A stretch of 64,000 nucleotides of DNA, taken from NCBI GenBank assembly GCA_963767005.1, contig CAVYCN010000019.1, forward strand, positions 64,001-128,000, in the 5' to 3' direction. The stretch comes from an uncultured Actinomycetes bacterium. Its GTDB lineage: Bacteria > Actinomycetota > Thermoleophilia > UBA2241. Of this stretch, positions 51,913-64,000 are shown piece by piece (position 1 is the first letter of the stretch; the number at the start of each line of letters is the position of its first letter). Made by a program: the position numbers and the translations under genes. The notes beneath the pieces are model-generated. The model saw only the letters and a list, made by a program, of their open reading frames with translations, searched no databases and was not told the origin of the DNA.

Positions 51913-53418
51913 GTCACACCTCCGAAGCGTCGGCCGGCGGCTGCGAGCGACTCTCCGCGCGAGGCGTGGCTGGTTGCCCAGTCCGGCGCCGCGACGCGGG
52001 TGGCCGCGGCATGGTCGCGCACGTACTGCTTGATGCGCTGCACCACGTCGGACGGCGCGCCGTACGCGAAGGGCCCGCTCCAGGATCTCCTCAACCCTGG
52101 CGTGGGCGCGCGCCAGCATCGTGTACTCGTCGCCGGTGCGACCCCGTGTGGTTGAAGGAGCCGCCGTAGTAGTGCTCGCCCGCCTGCACGGCGCGCCTGG
52201 TGTGCGTCTCGCCGAGGAACGAGCCGCCCGGGCCGATCTTCTCGATGATCTCGTAGGCCAGGGTCGCATCGTCGACCACGATCTCGGTGGAGAGGCGCTG
52301 CGCCATCTCCCAGATGTCGTGATCGATCACGACCTGCTCGTAGCTGTGGTGGGCGGCGTTGTCGAGCGGGCCGCCCATGGTCACGAAATCGGCCTCGCTC
52401 TGGGCCAGGATGAGGATCGCCATGGCCTTTTCGATGCCCGCCTGGACGTCGGGCCACTGCGAGTCGCTGTACCCGCCCATGCGCGTCGTCGGTAGGCCGT
52501 AGTACCTGGCCAGCGCCATCTCGCCGCTGCTGATCAGGCAGGTCTCCGCCGCGCCCATCGACAGGTAGCCGGTGCGCATGTTCATGAGGGAGCCGGTCGG
52601 AGCGTGCAGGACCTTCGCTCCCGGCCAGATCGTGTTGGCCAGCGTGCACAAAAAGAGCGTCTCGGCATCACCCAGCAGCAGGTTGGCAGCCACCACGTCG
52701 CCGGCGTGGCGACCCCGGCGATCGGCATGGGGCAGACGTCGACCGGACAGTGCCGCCCGACGACGTGCATGATGATGTCGCCCTCGCGCGCGCCCAGCAC
52801 GAGCGGCGTGGTTGTGTTGATCTCGGCCCACGTGCCGGGAGCGCTGTCGAGGCTGTCGGTGCCGGCCGCCACCATCGCGAGATCGAGCGACGTGCGGGCG
52901 TCGCCGACGTTGCCTGGCGCGCAGAGACTGAGCTTGCCGGTGACGGCCAGCACGAGCCCGAGCGTGTCGGCCACGTCGATCTCGGCCGGCACGTCGCTCG
53001 ACGGGTACTGGATGGCGACCGTGAACTCGGCGCCGGGCAGCGCGTTGGTCACCCGGCAGAGATCGATCACGTCCTGGCGGCGGGGCGGGCGGAACTCGTG
53101 AGCGCCGTAGTCGAGCATCTTCGGCATCTTCACGCGCACGCCGGCGTGCTGCCTACCGTCGGGGACGGTGAACCGCGACCCGCCCGGGCGCACGAGCTCG
53201 AAGGTCCGCGGGAGCTGAGCCATCGCCTCCTCGACCATGGCGGCGGGCAGACGCACCACGTCGGTCTGCCCCAGCGCCTTGGCGCCGGCGCGCTCGAGCA
53301 CCTCTCGGCAGCGGTCGTTCTCGACGCGCACGCCGACGTTCTCGAGGACCCTCAGCGACTCGGCGTGGATCCGGTCGAGCGCCTTCTCGTCGAGCAGGGA
53401 CACGGCCTTGGTCGCCAT
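51909..53418 (-). CDS. Trimethylamine methyltransferase (MttB) superfamily protein, pyrrolysine-free, frameshifted
   Basis: IHAESLRVLENVGV, TTTPL, MPIAGVATPAT, NMRTG..MGAAE, ARYYGLPTTRMGGYSDSQWPDVQAGIEK, SYEQVVIDHD, IGPGGSFLGETHT. Confidence 0.85.
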
Positions 53419-53438
53419 CTCGTCGCACGCTCCCCTTG

Positions 53439-54720
53439 TCAGCGGCCGCGAGCGCCGTCGCCCACCGCGGCGGTCGCGAGGGCGAGGCCCTGGGCCGCCA
53501 TGCGGCCGAGCGCACGCTGCCAGGCGGCCACGACCTCGCCCAGCACGCCGTCGTCCATCGGCGTCGAGAGGTTCATGCTGCCGCGCGGCGCGATGTAGAG
53601 GCCTTCCTCGAGGCAGGCGCGATGGAAGGCCAGCGGCGCCGCCGAGTTCACCTGCAGCAGCGAGCCGTAGTTGTGCACGCGTACGTCGAGGCCGGCGGCG
53701 TCGGCCGCGTCGTTGAGCAGGCGCGACAGGCTGTCGCCGAAGCCGTTGATGCGGTCGCAGGCTGCCGTGTCGAGCATGTCGAGGCTGACGCAGCCCGCGG
53801 CCAGGCACAGGGGGCTGCCGTTCATGGTGCCGTGGGCCGACAGCGGCTCGGGGATGCGCGGGTCGAAGATCCGCATGACCTCTTCCTTGCCCCCGTAGGC
53901 GCCCAGCGGCATGCCGCCGGCGATCGTCTTGCCGACCGTTGTGAGATCGGCCTCGATGCCGTGCTCCGCCTGCCAGCCGCCGGGGTGCAGGCGAACGGTG
54001 ATCGTCTCGTCGAGGATGAGCAGAGCGCCGTGCTCGTGCGCGAGTCGCAGCGCGGCGCGGATGAACTCGGGGTCGCCGGGCTCGAGGATGTGGCCCAGGA
54101 TCGGCTCGAGCAGGATGGCGACTGTTGGGGCCGTGCGCCTGCATCAGCTCCTCGAGATGGGCGACGTCGTTGAAGCGCACGAAGTGGCACATGCCGGCGA
54201 GCGCCTGGGGGATGCCCATCGGGACAACGCCGGCGCCGTCAGGGTGAGCCTCGTCGGCGCCGCTCAGGGAGACCTGGTCCCAGCTACCGTGGTAGCCGTT
54301 GGCGGGCATGATGATGTCGTCGCGGCCGGTGAACGCGCGCGCCCCTCGCACGGCCATCATGACCGCCTCGGTGGCCGAGTTGGTGAAGCGCACGAGGTCG
54401 ATCGAGGGCGTCCGCGAGCAGAGCCGCTCGGCGAGCTCACCCTGCAGGGCGATAGGCGCGGGCATGGCCGCGGCCAGACCGTGGGGTGCCGTGCGCGTCA
54501 TGGCCTCGACGATGCGCGGATGCGCGTGGCCGTGGACCAGGGCGGTGTAGTTGTTGATCAGGTCGATGTAGGCGTTGCCGTCGACGTCCCAGAGGCGGCA
54601 GCCCTCGCCCCGCTCGATGCCGATCGGGAACGGATCGTAATGGGTCACCGTCCTCGTGTTGGCGCCGGGCATCACCTTCGCCAGCCGCTCGAAGAGCTCG
54701 CGTGATCTGTCGTCTCTCAT
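53439..54720 (-). CDS. Class III PLP aminotransferase (GSA aminomutase-like), one frameshift near 54130
   Basis: MPGANTR, WDVDGNAYID, HGHAHP, RFTNSATEA, YHGS, ILDETIT, TVGKTIAGGMPLGAYGG, HGTMNGSP. Confidence 0.85.
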
Positions 54721-54847
54721 CTGCCTCTCCTGCACGATCGGGGCTTGGCGTAGTGGGCAAGCGCAACGCGCCGGTCACCGACTTGCCCGCCCGCGGGGGC
54801 TGGATGCGTATCGTATGCAATCAGCATACCGAGCGCGGTGATGGCGG

Positions 54848-55883
54848 TCAACGGAAGATGAACCCTTCCCCGACGGGGTCGTCGGGGTCGACGAAGAAGG
54901 TGGCCGTACCGGTAAGGAAGGCCGCGCCCGTGACCTCGGGCACGACGGCCCGGTGACGACCGACGCCTGAGCGCGCGACGACGGACACGGCGAAGCACGT
55001 GCCGAGGATGCTCTCGATGACGATGGTCTCGCCGTCGCCGAGCTGGCCGGCATCATGCAGCAGGGCGGCCCGGGCGCTGACCCCCGTGCCGGTCGGCGAG
55101 CGGTCGACCTCGCCCTCGGCAAAGACGCAGACGTGCCTGCTGTGGTGGCGCTCGTCGGCCGGCGGGCCGGTGAAGATGACGCCGTAGAGGAAGCCCAGGT
55201 CGGGGGCGTTCGGGTCGTCGATCGTGAGCTGGGCCGCGACCGCCTGCTTGACCAGCTTTCCCACACAGACCAGGCGATCGTGCTGGCCTGGCACCAGCGA
55301 CAGGCCGAGGTCGGCCGCGTCGCAGAAGGCGTAGTAGGCGCCGCCGAAGGCGACGTCGCAGACCGTCGTGCCGATGCCCTCGAGCCTCACGTCGACGCCG
55401 CGCCGGTAGACGAACGACGGCACGTTGGCGAAGCTCACCGTGTGCACGGTCCCGCCCGCCGCCGTCGCGCGGGCCACCACGAGACCGGCCGGCGTGTCGG
55501 TTCTCACCGAGCGACTCGGCGCCCTCGCCGGCCGCGACCATGCCCGTCTCCAGGAGCACCTTCGTGAAGCCGATGATGCCGTGCCCGCACATGGTGCTGA
55601 AGCCCTCGTTGTGCAGGAACAGCACGCCGCAGTCGCTACCCTCCGTCACCGGGGCGGTCGGGATCGCGCCGTACATGTCGGCATGACCGCGCGGCTCCCA
55701 CATCAGCGTCCGCCGCAGGCCGTCGAGATGCTCCTGGGCGTAGCGACGTTTGGCGAGCATCGTGTCGCCCGGGATCGGCGGCAGCCCCTCGACGATCACC
55801 CGCAGGGGCTCGCCGGCGGCGTGCACGTCGATGGTCCGCAGGACCGGTGAACCCCCGGGTACGTGCGGCGTGACCTGCGCCAT
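54848..55883 (-). CDS. Proline racemase family protein, Cys/Thr type (probable trans-3-hydroxy-L-proline dehydratase), one frameshift near 55505
   Basis: [59 protein letters not shown]. Confidence 0.85.
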
Positions 55884-57268
55884 CAGCCGTAGAAGGGCGG
55901 ATCGCGGAACTGCAGCCCCATTGCTTCCAGACCTGCCCTTGCCTCTTCGTATGCCGCGCGGATCTCCGGGCCGGGGCGCCGCGTCGCTACCTCGTAGCAG
56001 TCCTGATAGCGCAGACCGAGCGGCGGGTCCTTGAGCTTGTCCTCGTAGGCGTCGAGCAGCCGCAGGACGATCGCGTTGACCTCGGCCCGGGGCAGACCGA
56101 CCACGGACCGCCCGACCTCGGCGGCAAGCAACGGCTCCGCCGGCGAGACGTGATCGGGGTGCGTGGCGCGCGCGGCGGGGCCGGCCTCGACGCTGCCGCC
56201 GCTCACCACGCAGGTTGCGGCCATCGCCGCCGCCTCGTACAGGCTCATCGTCGTCCCGGGCCCGGCCGCGTAGACACCCGACTCGAGACAGGGCACGTCG
56301 CTATGGGTGGTGACCGCCTGCATCGCCACCGACCGCACCCAGATGACGTCGCGGCCGGCGACGGACTGCGTCTCGAAGTGCGTCACGTACGGGTGCTGGA
56401 CGGCGGCCTGAAGGACGAGCAGCGCGAAGAAGTGATAGGCGGCGAGCGTGATCGCACAGCCGGCCGGACCACCCGCGTAGCCGCCGATCACCTGCCCGGT
56501 GCCGCCCAGCACGTGGCGACCCTGCGAGCGTGCGAACGCGACCCGGCTCAGATTGTCGAAGTCGATCTTGAGCTCGGCGATGTTGCCGATCTCGGTCACG
56601 TCGTGGCTGCCGGCGAGGGCGCCGCCGGCGATGTTCCCCTGCGCCTTGACGCCGGTCGGCACGAGGTTGGAGATGCCCAGACCGGGGCGCCCGGCGGCGT
56701 GGCGCGCCGCCTCCCGCGTCATGGCGACCGTGCGCAGGCACCCCTCGACCTCGAGAGGGCTGCCGGCGACGACCGGCAGGCCGTCGATCTGCGCCATCGC
56801 CGGCGAGGCGACGGCGTCGATGTGGGGCAGCTCGCAATAGGCTTGCGTGAGGCTCGCGAAGACGTCGTCGCTGGTGACCGCCGCGCCGCAGGCGCCGAGC
56901 GAGAAGAACGGCTCGATCGCGCTCTCGGGGCGGCGGGTCGGGATCGCCCTGGCCTGCTGCCCCTCGCCCAGGACGACGCCGCGCGGCGCTTCGGCCAGCG
57001 CCTGGTCGAGCTCGAGCTCGTCGAACGCGACCACTCGCTCGGTGTCGACGCAGTAGACCCCGACGCGCAGGAACAGCTCGCGGCCGGCCTGCCAGACGCG
57101 TTCGGCGAGGTCGTCGTCACTCGGGATCGGCGTCTCGGGCGTGTAGACGATCCCGTGCTTCTTGACGAGCTCGCGGACCGCCGGGATGAAGCGCTTGAGG
57201 TCGAAGTCGCCCTGGTTACAGATCTCGCCGCTCACGGCGCGGCGGTAGAAGTCGACGCTCGAGAGCAT
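55883..57268 (-). CDS. Monomethylamine methyltransferase (MtmB) family protein, pyrrolysine-free
   Basis: [15 protein letters not shown]...[61 protein letters not shown]; 461 uninterrupted codons. Confidence 0.85.
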   Translation of the reverse strand: MLSSVDFYRRAVSGEICNQGDFDLKRFIPAVRELVKKHGIVYTPETPIPSDDDLAERVWQAGRELFLRVGVYCVDTERVVAFDELELDQALAEAPRGVVLGEGQQARAIPTRRPESAIEPFFSLGACGAAVTSDDVFASLTQAYCELPHIDAVASPAMAQIDGLPVVAGSPLEVEGCLRTVAMTREAARHAAGRPGLGISNLVPTGVKAQGNIAGGALAGSHDVTEIGNIAELKIDFDNLSRVAFARSQGRHVLGGTGQVIGGYAGGPAGCAITLAAYHFFALLVLQAAVQHPYVTHFETQSVAGRDVIWVRSVAMQAVTTHSDVPCLESGVYAAGPGTTMSLYEAAAMAATCVVSGGSVEAGPAARATHPDHVSPAEPLLAAEVGRSVVGLPRAEVNAIVLRLLDAYEDKLKDPPLGLRYQDCYEVATRRPGPEIRAAYEEARAGLEAMGLQFRDPPFYG

Positions 57269-57274
57269 CCGCCA

Positions 57275-57926
57275 TCAGCTCCTCTGGCGCCGGGCCAGGG
57301 CGACGGCGTCGGCCGCCGTCTCTCCGTAGCCGTCGGCCCCGATCTCGCGCGCCCACTCCGCGGTGACGGCCGCACCGCCGACCATGACGAAGAAGTCGTC
57401 CCTCCTGCCCGCCGCGGCCAGATGCTCGAGGACCTCGCGCTGCTGCGGGATGGTCGTCGACATGAGGGCGCACACGGCGATCACCTCGGCGCGCGCATCG
57501 CCGGCGGCCGAGACAAAGCGCGACGCGGGAACATCGACGCCGAGGTCGACCACCTCGAACCCCGAGGCCTTCAGCATAGTGGCGACGATGTTCTTGCCGA
57601 GCGAGTGGATGTCGCCCTTGACGGTGCCGATCACGACCTTGCCCCTGGCGTCGGCGCGCGTGGCGCCCTCGAGCAGCGGCTCGACCAGGTCCATGCCGGC
57701 CTGCCAGGCTTCGGCCGCGAGCATCATCTCGGGCAGGTAGACCTCTTCGCGACGGAACTGCTCGCCGACCTCGCGGATGCCGGCCACGAGCCCGTCGTCG
57801 AGCAGGGCGCGCGGCGCAAGACCGGCCTCGAGACCCTCCCGTACGAGCGCCGGCACCCGGTCGAAGTCGGCCTCGACGAAGGCCGCCACGATGCGGCAAC
57901 CCCCGCTCGGCCTGCGCATCACTCAT
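57275..57926 (-). CDS. Corrinoid (B12-binding) methyl-acceptor protein, MtmC/MttC-like
   Basis: GLVAGIREVGEQF..YLPEM, GTVKGDIHSLGKNIV (DxHxxG), DLGVDVP, VMVGGA, IGADGY; likely start MSDAQ at 57926 with an indel near 57897. Confidence 0.9.
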
Positions 57927-58100
57927 ACCGTACCTTCCTGTCGTTCCGTCACGTCGAGGTCAGGGGTCCCGCCGGCCCAGTGCAGACACCGGCCAGCAGC
58001 GGTCGGCCGCAGTCGCGGCCGCCGGCCAGGGTCCACGAGGCGCCGCTCCACGAGCGTCGCCGGGGAGTCCGAGTACTTCCCGTGAGGCCTTCGTGTCGCT

Positions 58101-60018
<1,918 letters not shown>

Positions 60019-60022
<4 letters not shown>

Positions 60023-60909
60023 ATCACTGCCAACCGGCTCAGCTCGTCGCCGGCGAGGACCCGCGACAGGGCATCGGCGGTGAGGTTGAGTGACACGGCC
60101 AGGCACGTGATGCCGAGCGCCGGCAGCATGGTGCCCCACGGCGCCACGGTGATCAGGGCACGGTTCTCGGCCACCATCAGCCCCCAGTCCGGCGTCGGCG
60201 GCTGCACGCCGAGGCCGAGGAAGCTGAGCGTGGCGACGAACAGGATGCCGTAGGTGAGCCGCAGGCCGAACTCGGCGAGGGTCGGCCCCGAGACGTTGGG
60301 CAGCACCTCGCGGAAGATGATCGACAGGTCCCGTTCGCCGCGCGCCTGCGCGGACAGGACATAGGGGTTGACGATCACCGACTGGGCCGTGCCGCGCACC
60401 ACCCGCCCCATGCCCGGCGCGTACACGAGCGCGACGACAGTGATCAGCACCGTATCGGAGGAGCCGACCGCGCCGATGATCACGAGCACGATGAGCAGCG
60501 GCGGCAGGGTGAGCATCACGTCGAACACCTTGGAGATCACGACGTCGGGCCAGCGGCCCCAGTAGGCGGCGAACAGGCCGAGGCTGCCGCCGACGATGAG
60601 CGAGAGCGTCACGGCGACGAGCGGGATGAGCAGCACGGTCACGCCGCCGTGCAGGAAACGGCTCAGGACGTCGCGCCCGAGGGCGTCGGTACCGAACCAG
60701 TGCGCCGCCGACGAGGGCGAGCCCGGAGCGCCGGCGTCGTAGTTCGTGCCGGGCCCGAAGAAGCGGCCGAGCACGATGAGCCCGATCATGAAGGCGCCCA
60801 GGCCGATGCCGATCTTGCCTTCCGTGGTCTGCAGCACGCCGCGGAGCACGCTGCGCCGCGGTGCGACGCTCGCCACGGAAGCGGCGGCCGATGATTCTGC
60901 AATGCTCAT
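60019..60909 (-). CDS. Dpp/Opp ABC transporter permease (DppC-like)
   Basis: HWFGTDALGRDVLSR, YVLSAQARG..REVLPN, LSFLGLGVQPPTPDWG. Confidence 0.92.
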
Positions 60910-60912
60910 CTC

Positions 60913-61953
60913 TCAGCCGTTCCTGAGTCGGGGGTTGTAGAAGGTCACAAGGACGTCGGCGGCGACTCCGATGGCGATGAAGAGGACGCCACAGAGCATC
61001 GCGACCGCCTGGACCACGAGCAGATCGCCGTCGGCGATGGACTGGACGAGCAGCGTGCCCATGCCCGGGAAGCCGAACACGTTCTCGACGATGATGACAC
61101 CACCGACGAGCCAGATCAGGTCGAGGGCCACGGCGTTGATGATCGGGCCCGAGGCGTTCGGCATGAGGTGCTTGTAGACGATGGTGCGACGCGACAGTCC
61201 GCGCAGGACCGCCGCGCGCGCGTAGGGTGTCGTCATCGTCTCGCGCACGGAGACCTGCGTGAGCCGCGAGATGTGCGGCAGCAGCGAGATCACCAGCGTG
61301 GTGGTCGGCAGGATGAAGGCCTGGATCTTGCCGGACACCCCCCCGAACGACATGCCGGTGCTGTCGACCGGTGTCAGGCCGAGCTTCACGGACAGCGCGT
61401 AGATCAACACGATGCCGATGACGAAGACCGGGATCGCGGCCACCGACACGTTCATGATGGAGAGGCTGAGCTCGCGCACCCGCGAGCCGGGTCTGGCAAG
61501 GTAGACGCCGAAGGCGATCGCGATCGGCAGGGCGACGATGATCGAGGTCAGCGCCAGGATGAACGTATTGACGAACTTCGGCATGACGATGCCGCTCACG
61601 GGATCGTTCGTGACCGCCGACGTGCCCCAGTCGCCGTGCAGGAACCCGACGAGCCACTGCTCGTACTGCACGATCACCGGCCGGTCGAGCCCGTGCGCGC
61701 GGTTGAAGTCGGAGAGCTGCTGCGGCGTGGCCTGGCGACCGAGGACGCGGCGCGCCACGTTGATGCCCAGCACGTGCGTCGAGGCGAAGACGATCAGCGA
61801 GATCAGCAGCAGCGTGACCAGGGCGGGAATGAGGCGCGACCGCACGAGCAGCCACGCCACCGACGCCGCACCCCCCCTGCCGGGGGGTGCGGCGAACGCT
61901 TCGGTGGAAGCCAGCGCCGCCTCGGGTAGAGACGGTTCCGAACCTTCCGTCAT
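60913..61953 (-). CDS. Dpp/Opp ABC transporter permease (DppB-like)
   Basis: GLDRPVIVQY, GDWGTS, YARAAVLRGL, VENVFGFPGMG. Confidence 0.92.
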   Translation of the reverse strand: MTEGSEPSLPEAALASTEAFAAPPGRGGAASVAWLLVRSRLIPALVTLLLISLIVFASTHVLGINVARRVLGRQATPQQLSDFNRAHGLDRPVIVQYEQWLVGFLHGDWGTSAVTNDPVSGIVMPKFVNTFILALTSIIVALPIAIAFGVYLARPGSRVRELSLSIMNVSVAAIPVFVIGIVLIYALSVKLGLTPVDSTGMSFGGVSGKIQAFILPTTTLVISLLPHISRLTQVSVRETMTTPYARAAVLRGLSRRTIVYKHLMPNASGPIINAVALDLIWLVGGVIIVENVFGFPGMGTLLVQSIADGDLLVVQAVAMLCGVLFIAIGVAADVLVTFYNPRLRNG

Positions 61954-63572
61954 GCGTAGAACCCGCACTGCCGGAAGTCGAGCATGGAGAACGTCCAGGG
62001 TACGACCCTGGTGCCGACCCTCGAGGTCCAGAGGCGATTGAGGTAGGCGGGGATCATCTCGCCGCTGCCGCCGTCACCGGAGGCCATCCATTCGCAGCAC
62101 TCGGTGGTCGCCGCCGTGAGCGCGTCGCCGGTCGACGCGTACGCCTTGGTGAGCAGCGCGTCCATCTTGGCGCTCTTCCACTTGGACTCGTTCCACGGCG
62201 CGCTGCTCTGGCAGTTGAGCGCCATGGTCTCGACGGGATGACGCCGGTTCCAGTCGTCGACGCAGAACGGATCCTTCATCCACACCGTGTCCCAATAGGT
62301 GTCGGCCGGGATCTGCTTGACGGTGATGCGGAAGGGCGAGCCCTTGGTCGCGGCCGCGAAGGCCAGGCTGAAGTTGGCGTGCAGCGCGTCGCCGGGGGCC
62401 TTCAGGTTCAGGTCGATGCCGCTGGCGTAGCCGGCCTCGGTCATGAGCTGGGTCGCCTTGGCGCGATCCATCTTCGTCGTCGCGATCAGCGTGTCGTTCA
62501 TGAACGGGTCGTCCATCGCGACCCAGGCGTCGGGCGACGCGAACCCCTGCCCGCCGTAGGCGATGTTGATGACGTTGTCGCGGTCGATCGAGAGCTTGAG
62601 GGCCTGGCGCACCCGGGGGTCGCTGAACGGCTTGGTCGTACAGTCGCACACGACGCAGTACGTGATGCCCTTCTCGTAGGGGTTGACCTGCAGCTTGGAG
62701 TTGGCCTTGACCACGGCGAGCTGGTCGAACGAGACCTGGGTCACGCTCGCCGCGCCCGACGCGACCGACTGCAGCTTGGTCGACTCTTCGGGGTCCTGGA
62801 TGCCGCGCACGGTGTCGACGATCGGATAGCCCGTCATCCAGTAGGCCGGGTTCTTGTCGACCTCGAAGGACTGACCTTCGTTGTAGAACTTGAGCTTGAA
62901 CGGGCCGGTCCCGATCCCCTTGGCGTAGTCGGCTTCCTTGCTGTTCGCCTTGACGAGGTAGCACTGCTGGTTGGACAGCGCCAGCAGCAGGAGCGAGTCG
63001 GGGCGCTTGAGCTTGAGCTTGAGCGTCAGGTCGTCGACGACGACGACGCCGTTCTTGTCGATGCTCGAGTCGAGACGCTGCATCATGCCCGAGCCGCCCT
63101 CGGGCGACATGATCCGCTCGATCGACCAGGCGGCGTCCTTCGCCGTGAACGGCGTGCCGTCGTGCCAGGTGACGTTGGGGCGCAGATGGAAGGTGTACTC
63201 CGTGAGCTCGGGATTGACGTCCCAGGTCTGCGCCAGGCGCGGCACCGGCTGGAACTTGAAGTCGTAGGACACAAGACCTTCGCGCAGCATGCCCTCGAGC
63301 GCGTCCTGGCCGTCGTCGATGTTCTTGAGCGGATCGAGGCCGTCCTTGGGGAACAGCTGATCGGTCGCGAACGTGAAGACCCCGCCGCGCTTGATGGCCC
63401 TCGACGAGGCCGTCGGCGCGGCGCCCGTCCCTGAACCGCTGCTCCCGCAAGCGGCCAGCAGGCCGGAGCTTGCGAGCCCCGCTCCCAGGCCGACGACAGC
63501 GCCGGCCTGCAGCAGTTGACGCCGCGTCAGGCGTACGCCCAGGGGGCCTTCTGCTTCACCTCGTGACTTCAC
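61950..63572 (-). CDS. Family 5 ABC substrate-binding lipoprotein with twin-arginine signal
   Basis: TRRQLL plus lipobox LLAAC, LRPNVTWHDGTPFTAKD, GTGPFKL, FSDPRVRQALKLSIDR. Confidence 0.92.
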   Translation of the reverse strand: MKSRGEAEGPLGVRLTRRQLLQAGAVVGLGAGLASSGLLAACGSSGSGTGAAPTASSRAIKRGGVFTFATDQLFPKDGLDPLKNIDDGQDALEGMLREGLVSYDFKFQPVPRLAQTWDVNPELTEYTFHLRPNVTWHDGTPFTAKDAAWSIERIMSPEGGSGMMQRLDSSIDKNGVVVVDDLTLKLKLKRPDSLLLLALSNQQCYLVKANSKEADYAKGIGTGPFKLKFYNEGQSFEVDKNPAYWMTGYPIVDTVRGIQDPEESTKLQSVASGAASVTQVSFDQLAVVKANSKLQVNPYEKGITYCVVCDCTTKPFSDPRVRQALKLSIDRDNVINIAYGGQGFASPDAWVAMDDPFMNDTLIATTKMDRAKATQLMTEAGYASGIDLNLKAPGDALHANFSLAFAAATKGSPFRITVKQIPADTYWDTVWMKDPFCVDDWNRRHPVETMALNCQSSAPWNESKWKSAKMDALLTKAYASTGDALTAATTECCEWMASGDGGSGEMIPAYLNRLWTSRVGTRVVPWTFSMLDFRQCGFYA

Positions 63573-63914
63573 TGGTTACCTCCCTGTCGTCGTCGTGCTC
63601 GGGGACGATGTGTGGGGAACGGGCCGGGACCCTGGAACGAACCTGTGCGCTCCCCCCGGATGCGCGGACCGCGCCGGAAGCTCGTCGCGCCACCTGCGGC
63701 GGCGCCTTCTGCTACCCGGCCGCGGGGTCGGCTCACGTCATGGACCCTCCTTTGCGGAATGTCTGAACGGCTGCGGCTTGCCGGGCCTGTGTGGCGTACA
63801 CTTCTGGTATGCGCAGAGTATGCGTAGCCCTCCGTGGTCGTCAAGAACGTCGTGCAGCGAGGTTCGCGGGACCTCCTGATCGGACCGGGGCGCGGCGTCG
63901 CGAAAGGAGAGACC

Positions 63915-64000
63915 GTGGGTGAGAAGGTCGGGTTCATCGGGCTCGGTATCATGGGCCGGCCGATGGCGAGGAACCTGCTGAAGGCCGGTCACGACCTCGT
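63915..64000 (+). CDS. Beta-hydroxyacid dehydrogenase (GarR/MmsB family), N-terminus only
   Basis: aaaggag RBS, then GTG GGT GAG AAG..., reading VGEKVGFIGLGIMGRPMARNLLKAGHDL; runs off the window. Confidence 0.75.
   Translation, partial: MGEKVGFIGLGIMGRPMARNLLKAGHDL

Noticed and set aside
52582-54735. 717-aa aminotransferase-MttB fusion in the ORF track
   Set aside because: It arises from a frameshift near 54130. The aminotransferase ends at 53439 and MttB has its own RBS and start at 53418.
51909-57268. Pyrrolysine recoding in the methyltransferases
   Set aside because: Neither gene has an in-frame TAG at the Pyl site (TAC and TCC), and no pyl genes are in the window.
57927-58100. Cobalamin riboswitch upstream of the corrinoid gene
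   Set aside because: The minus strand has GGGAAG and CACTG-like words, but I could not find the conserved order or B12 box. An Infernal scan with the Rfam cobalamin models would settle it.

Overview
This is a very GC-rich bacterial chromosome segment; gene content and composition suggest an actinobacterium, possibly Thermoleophilia-like, which is inference only. I found no rRNA, tRNA, CRISPR array or recognisable mobile element. The left part (1-34.5 kb) is mixed housekeeping and regulation: two c-di-GMP enzymes, yajC, ftsH, a DesK/DesR-type two-component system with an ABC exporter, a fused chorismate-amination enzyme, pntAA/AB/B, a DtxR-FeoA regulator with feoB, hutH, a degraded copC/D, a lone rpsR, an ArsC-like protein lacking its catalytic Cys, pirin and a secreted beta-propeller protein. 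It ends with nadE, translationally coupled to a 1412-aa PPDK-like protein that has no PEP/pyruvate-binding domain. The right part (34.7-64 kb) is an almost entirely minus-strand catabolic island. It holds a Dpp/Opp-type ABC importer, a corrinoid protein, a pyrrolysine-free MtmB homologue, a Cys/Thr-type proline-racemase-family enzyme, a class III aminotransferase, a pyrrolysine-free MttB homologue, an M20 peptidase, ADP-forming acyl-CoA synthetase, a GntR regulator, IlvE, a 2-oxoacid oxidoreductase with a fused flavoprotein subunit, CoA-transferase, an APC permease and hydantoinase/oxoprolinase A/B. The best candidates for undescribed biology are the Pyl-free MtmB/MttB/corrinoid/hydroxyproline-dehydratase module and the truncated-PPDK + NadE pair. 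Many genes between about 42 and 59 kb are broken by small indels, most likely sequencing or assembly errors, so their coordinates are reconstructions.
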